From positions 220,658,001 through 220,722,000 of the forward strand of contig OZ024743.1 of NCBI GenBank assembly GCA_964016885.1: a DNA stretch of 64,000 nucleotides, read 5' to 3'. The first letter of the stretch is position 1, and each line of letters begins with the position of its first letter. A program made the translations under genes and the position numbers. Source of the DNA: Eledone cirrhosa (taxonomy: Eukaryota). This document shows, piece by piece, positions 62,174 to 64,000 of this stretch. The notes beneath the pieces are model-generated. The model was not told the DNA's origin. It saw only the letters and a list, made by a program, of their open reading frames with translations, and made no database searches.

Positions 62174-63021
62174 AGATATATATATACATATATATATATA
62201 TATTATATATATATTTTTTTTTTCTTAAGTATGTATACTGTCCATGTGTATTATTATTATTAGCTCACGTTTTTTATCACCAATACGAGACTAAGAAAGA
62301 AATTAAAACATGATCATACTAACATATTTAGAGTGAATAGAAAAGCACAAGTATATTGAGAGAAATTATTGGAGGGGCTTATGCCCCACAAGCTCCTTAC
62401 TACCGGAAGGCTTGCATATATATATACAAATATTCCTTTTCTTTATCACAGGGGAAATACAACAAAAGATTATGTCTTGCTGACCCGCCGCTCACATTTT
62501 TACTACTTTTTAATACTACACAGCCCTCACTGTTCACTTGTGGACTGCGTCAGTCCCTTATTATATTGCTTATTCTGTTTTTGAAAGCGACGATTTGGCA
62601 GTATTATCAGGGCGTCGGACAGAATGCTTTGCAGTATTTATTCCATTCAACTTTGTCTTTGATGCCTTCGAGGTCGATACATAAATTACCTCTCTAATAG
62701 TGAGGCAGATTCGTCTCTTCTTCCTAACTCCTTACTCTCTCTCTCTTCCTCTCTCCTTTAATGATAGCTGGATGTTTTCATATCTGAAGAGAGATGGACT
62801 CTGCTAGGTTTAAAGGTGCCCCTACGACTCAATCCTGAATTAAGGGCCTAATCATCATCATACTGACATGAAAGGGCTGGGGGGAGCGCTCTTCATGATG
62901 CATGTGCATACAAATAGAATCCCGCAGTCTGAATATGGAGAGAAGAAAAAATATCAATTAACTCAAGTTTTCCTCGCAATTTCAAGAGTGGAACACCCTT
63001 TACGATTATTAAGGTTTAGAG

Positions 63022-63185
63022 AAGTCATTGTAAAACTGCGGTCCGCGAGACGCATGCGACCCGTTTGGCTTCCAGAATGGCACTCCTAATTTCAAAATTG
63101 CCTTGAACTTTTTAGTAGTACGGCACGCCTTTTAATGAGCCACATCCTATGCAGCCTACTGCTCGAATAAAGTCGCCCATCCCTG
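63022..63185. mobile_element. hAT (Charlie-like) MITE with 8-bp TSD
   Basis: gtttagag at 63014-63021 and 63186-63193; gcggtccgcgagacgcatgcgaccc subterminal motif; 3' end aaagtcgcccatccctg. Confidence 0.7.
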
Positions 63186-64000
63186 GTTTAGAGTTAGATT
63201 TAAGTTTAGAAAACTCCTACAGCAATGACTGTTCAAATTCTGTAACTTATTTCTAGTTTATTTCACGGAAATCATCTGCTTCCCTCACAATGTAGCCCGC
63301 ATATCGATCACTAAATACTTTCCTCTTCAAAATGTAGAGTATTTGATTTAAAGTTTACACATATTCCCAATTTATCACAATTTGAAGTGGAAATTGCACA
63401 CCAAATTTAAGGGTTTCTTAATTAAGTAGAGGCAACGCATTTCGTTTCAACGATAGCATTCTATCAAAATTCCTTGTAAAATAAGTATATAAACAAGAGC
63501 ATCATGCATATTTTACGTCTATGCAATAGGGGAAGACATACATTGCTTGTATCATTTGCAAAGGCGTTAATTCTGCGAACAGATCTGCAGAGAAGGCCAC
63601 TAAATGACTTTGTTTTGTAAGAGCTGATCCGTGGGTGGTTGCTGATGGAATACGAATTAGGATTAGCTCAACCACAATTGGTCATCTAGGCAAGGTTGTA
63701 TGATGGCATTCAATGACTCGAGGTCACATCACTGATAATGTGTCCTAGCACATCTACAAGGGTGTATCTTGTACATTAGTAGAAAGTCAAACTGACTGCT
63801 GGGAATAGAAGCAAACCAGCACACAATACCACACCAATCAATTCACCATAAACTAAAGATTGAATGTTCATATTCTTTTCAAATCAAGCGCCAGTATGAC
63901 TGTAAATGACACAGTAGTTACAACAAGAAATAGAAACTGATTCACGTCATCCAGTGCTAACGATTCCAAGCTTTAACTGAATGACAATAATATTTATGCA

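Overview
AT-rich, microsatellite-saturated animal genomic DNA. The SINE families and (TA)n/(CA)n load suggest an octopus/cephalopod genome (inference). Nearly all ORF-track entries are simple-repeat artefacts. Real content: (i) five decayed, 5'-truncated Penelope-like retroelements (PLEs; RT and/or C-terminal GIY-YIG endonuclease), several with inverted pseudo-LTRs, sitting in (TA)n tracts; (ii) about 15 recognisable type I hammerhead ribozyme (HHR) motifs of several families, read by eye on both strands, including long-stem-II forms and a U3-A8 core variant; (iii) many non-coding fold-back (palindromic) mini-elements made of HHR-bearing PLE ends, from ~100 bp up to a 2.2-kb element with apparently identical 858-bp arms nested in another PLE; (iv) two tRNA-derived SINE families, a non-autonomous Helitron, a hAT MITE with 8-bp TSD and RTE/mariner relics; (v) one good and one weaker candidate host exon on the minus strand (signal-peptide-like first coding exon at 25148-25331). 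All calls are by eye; no database searches or folding programs were run.
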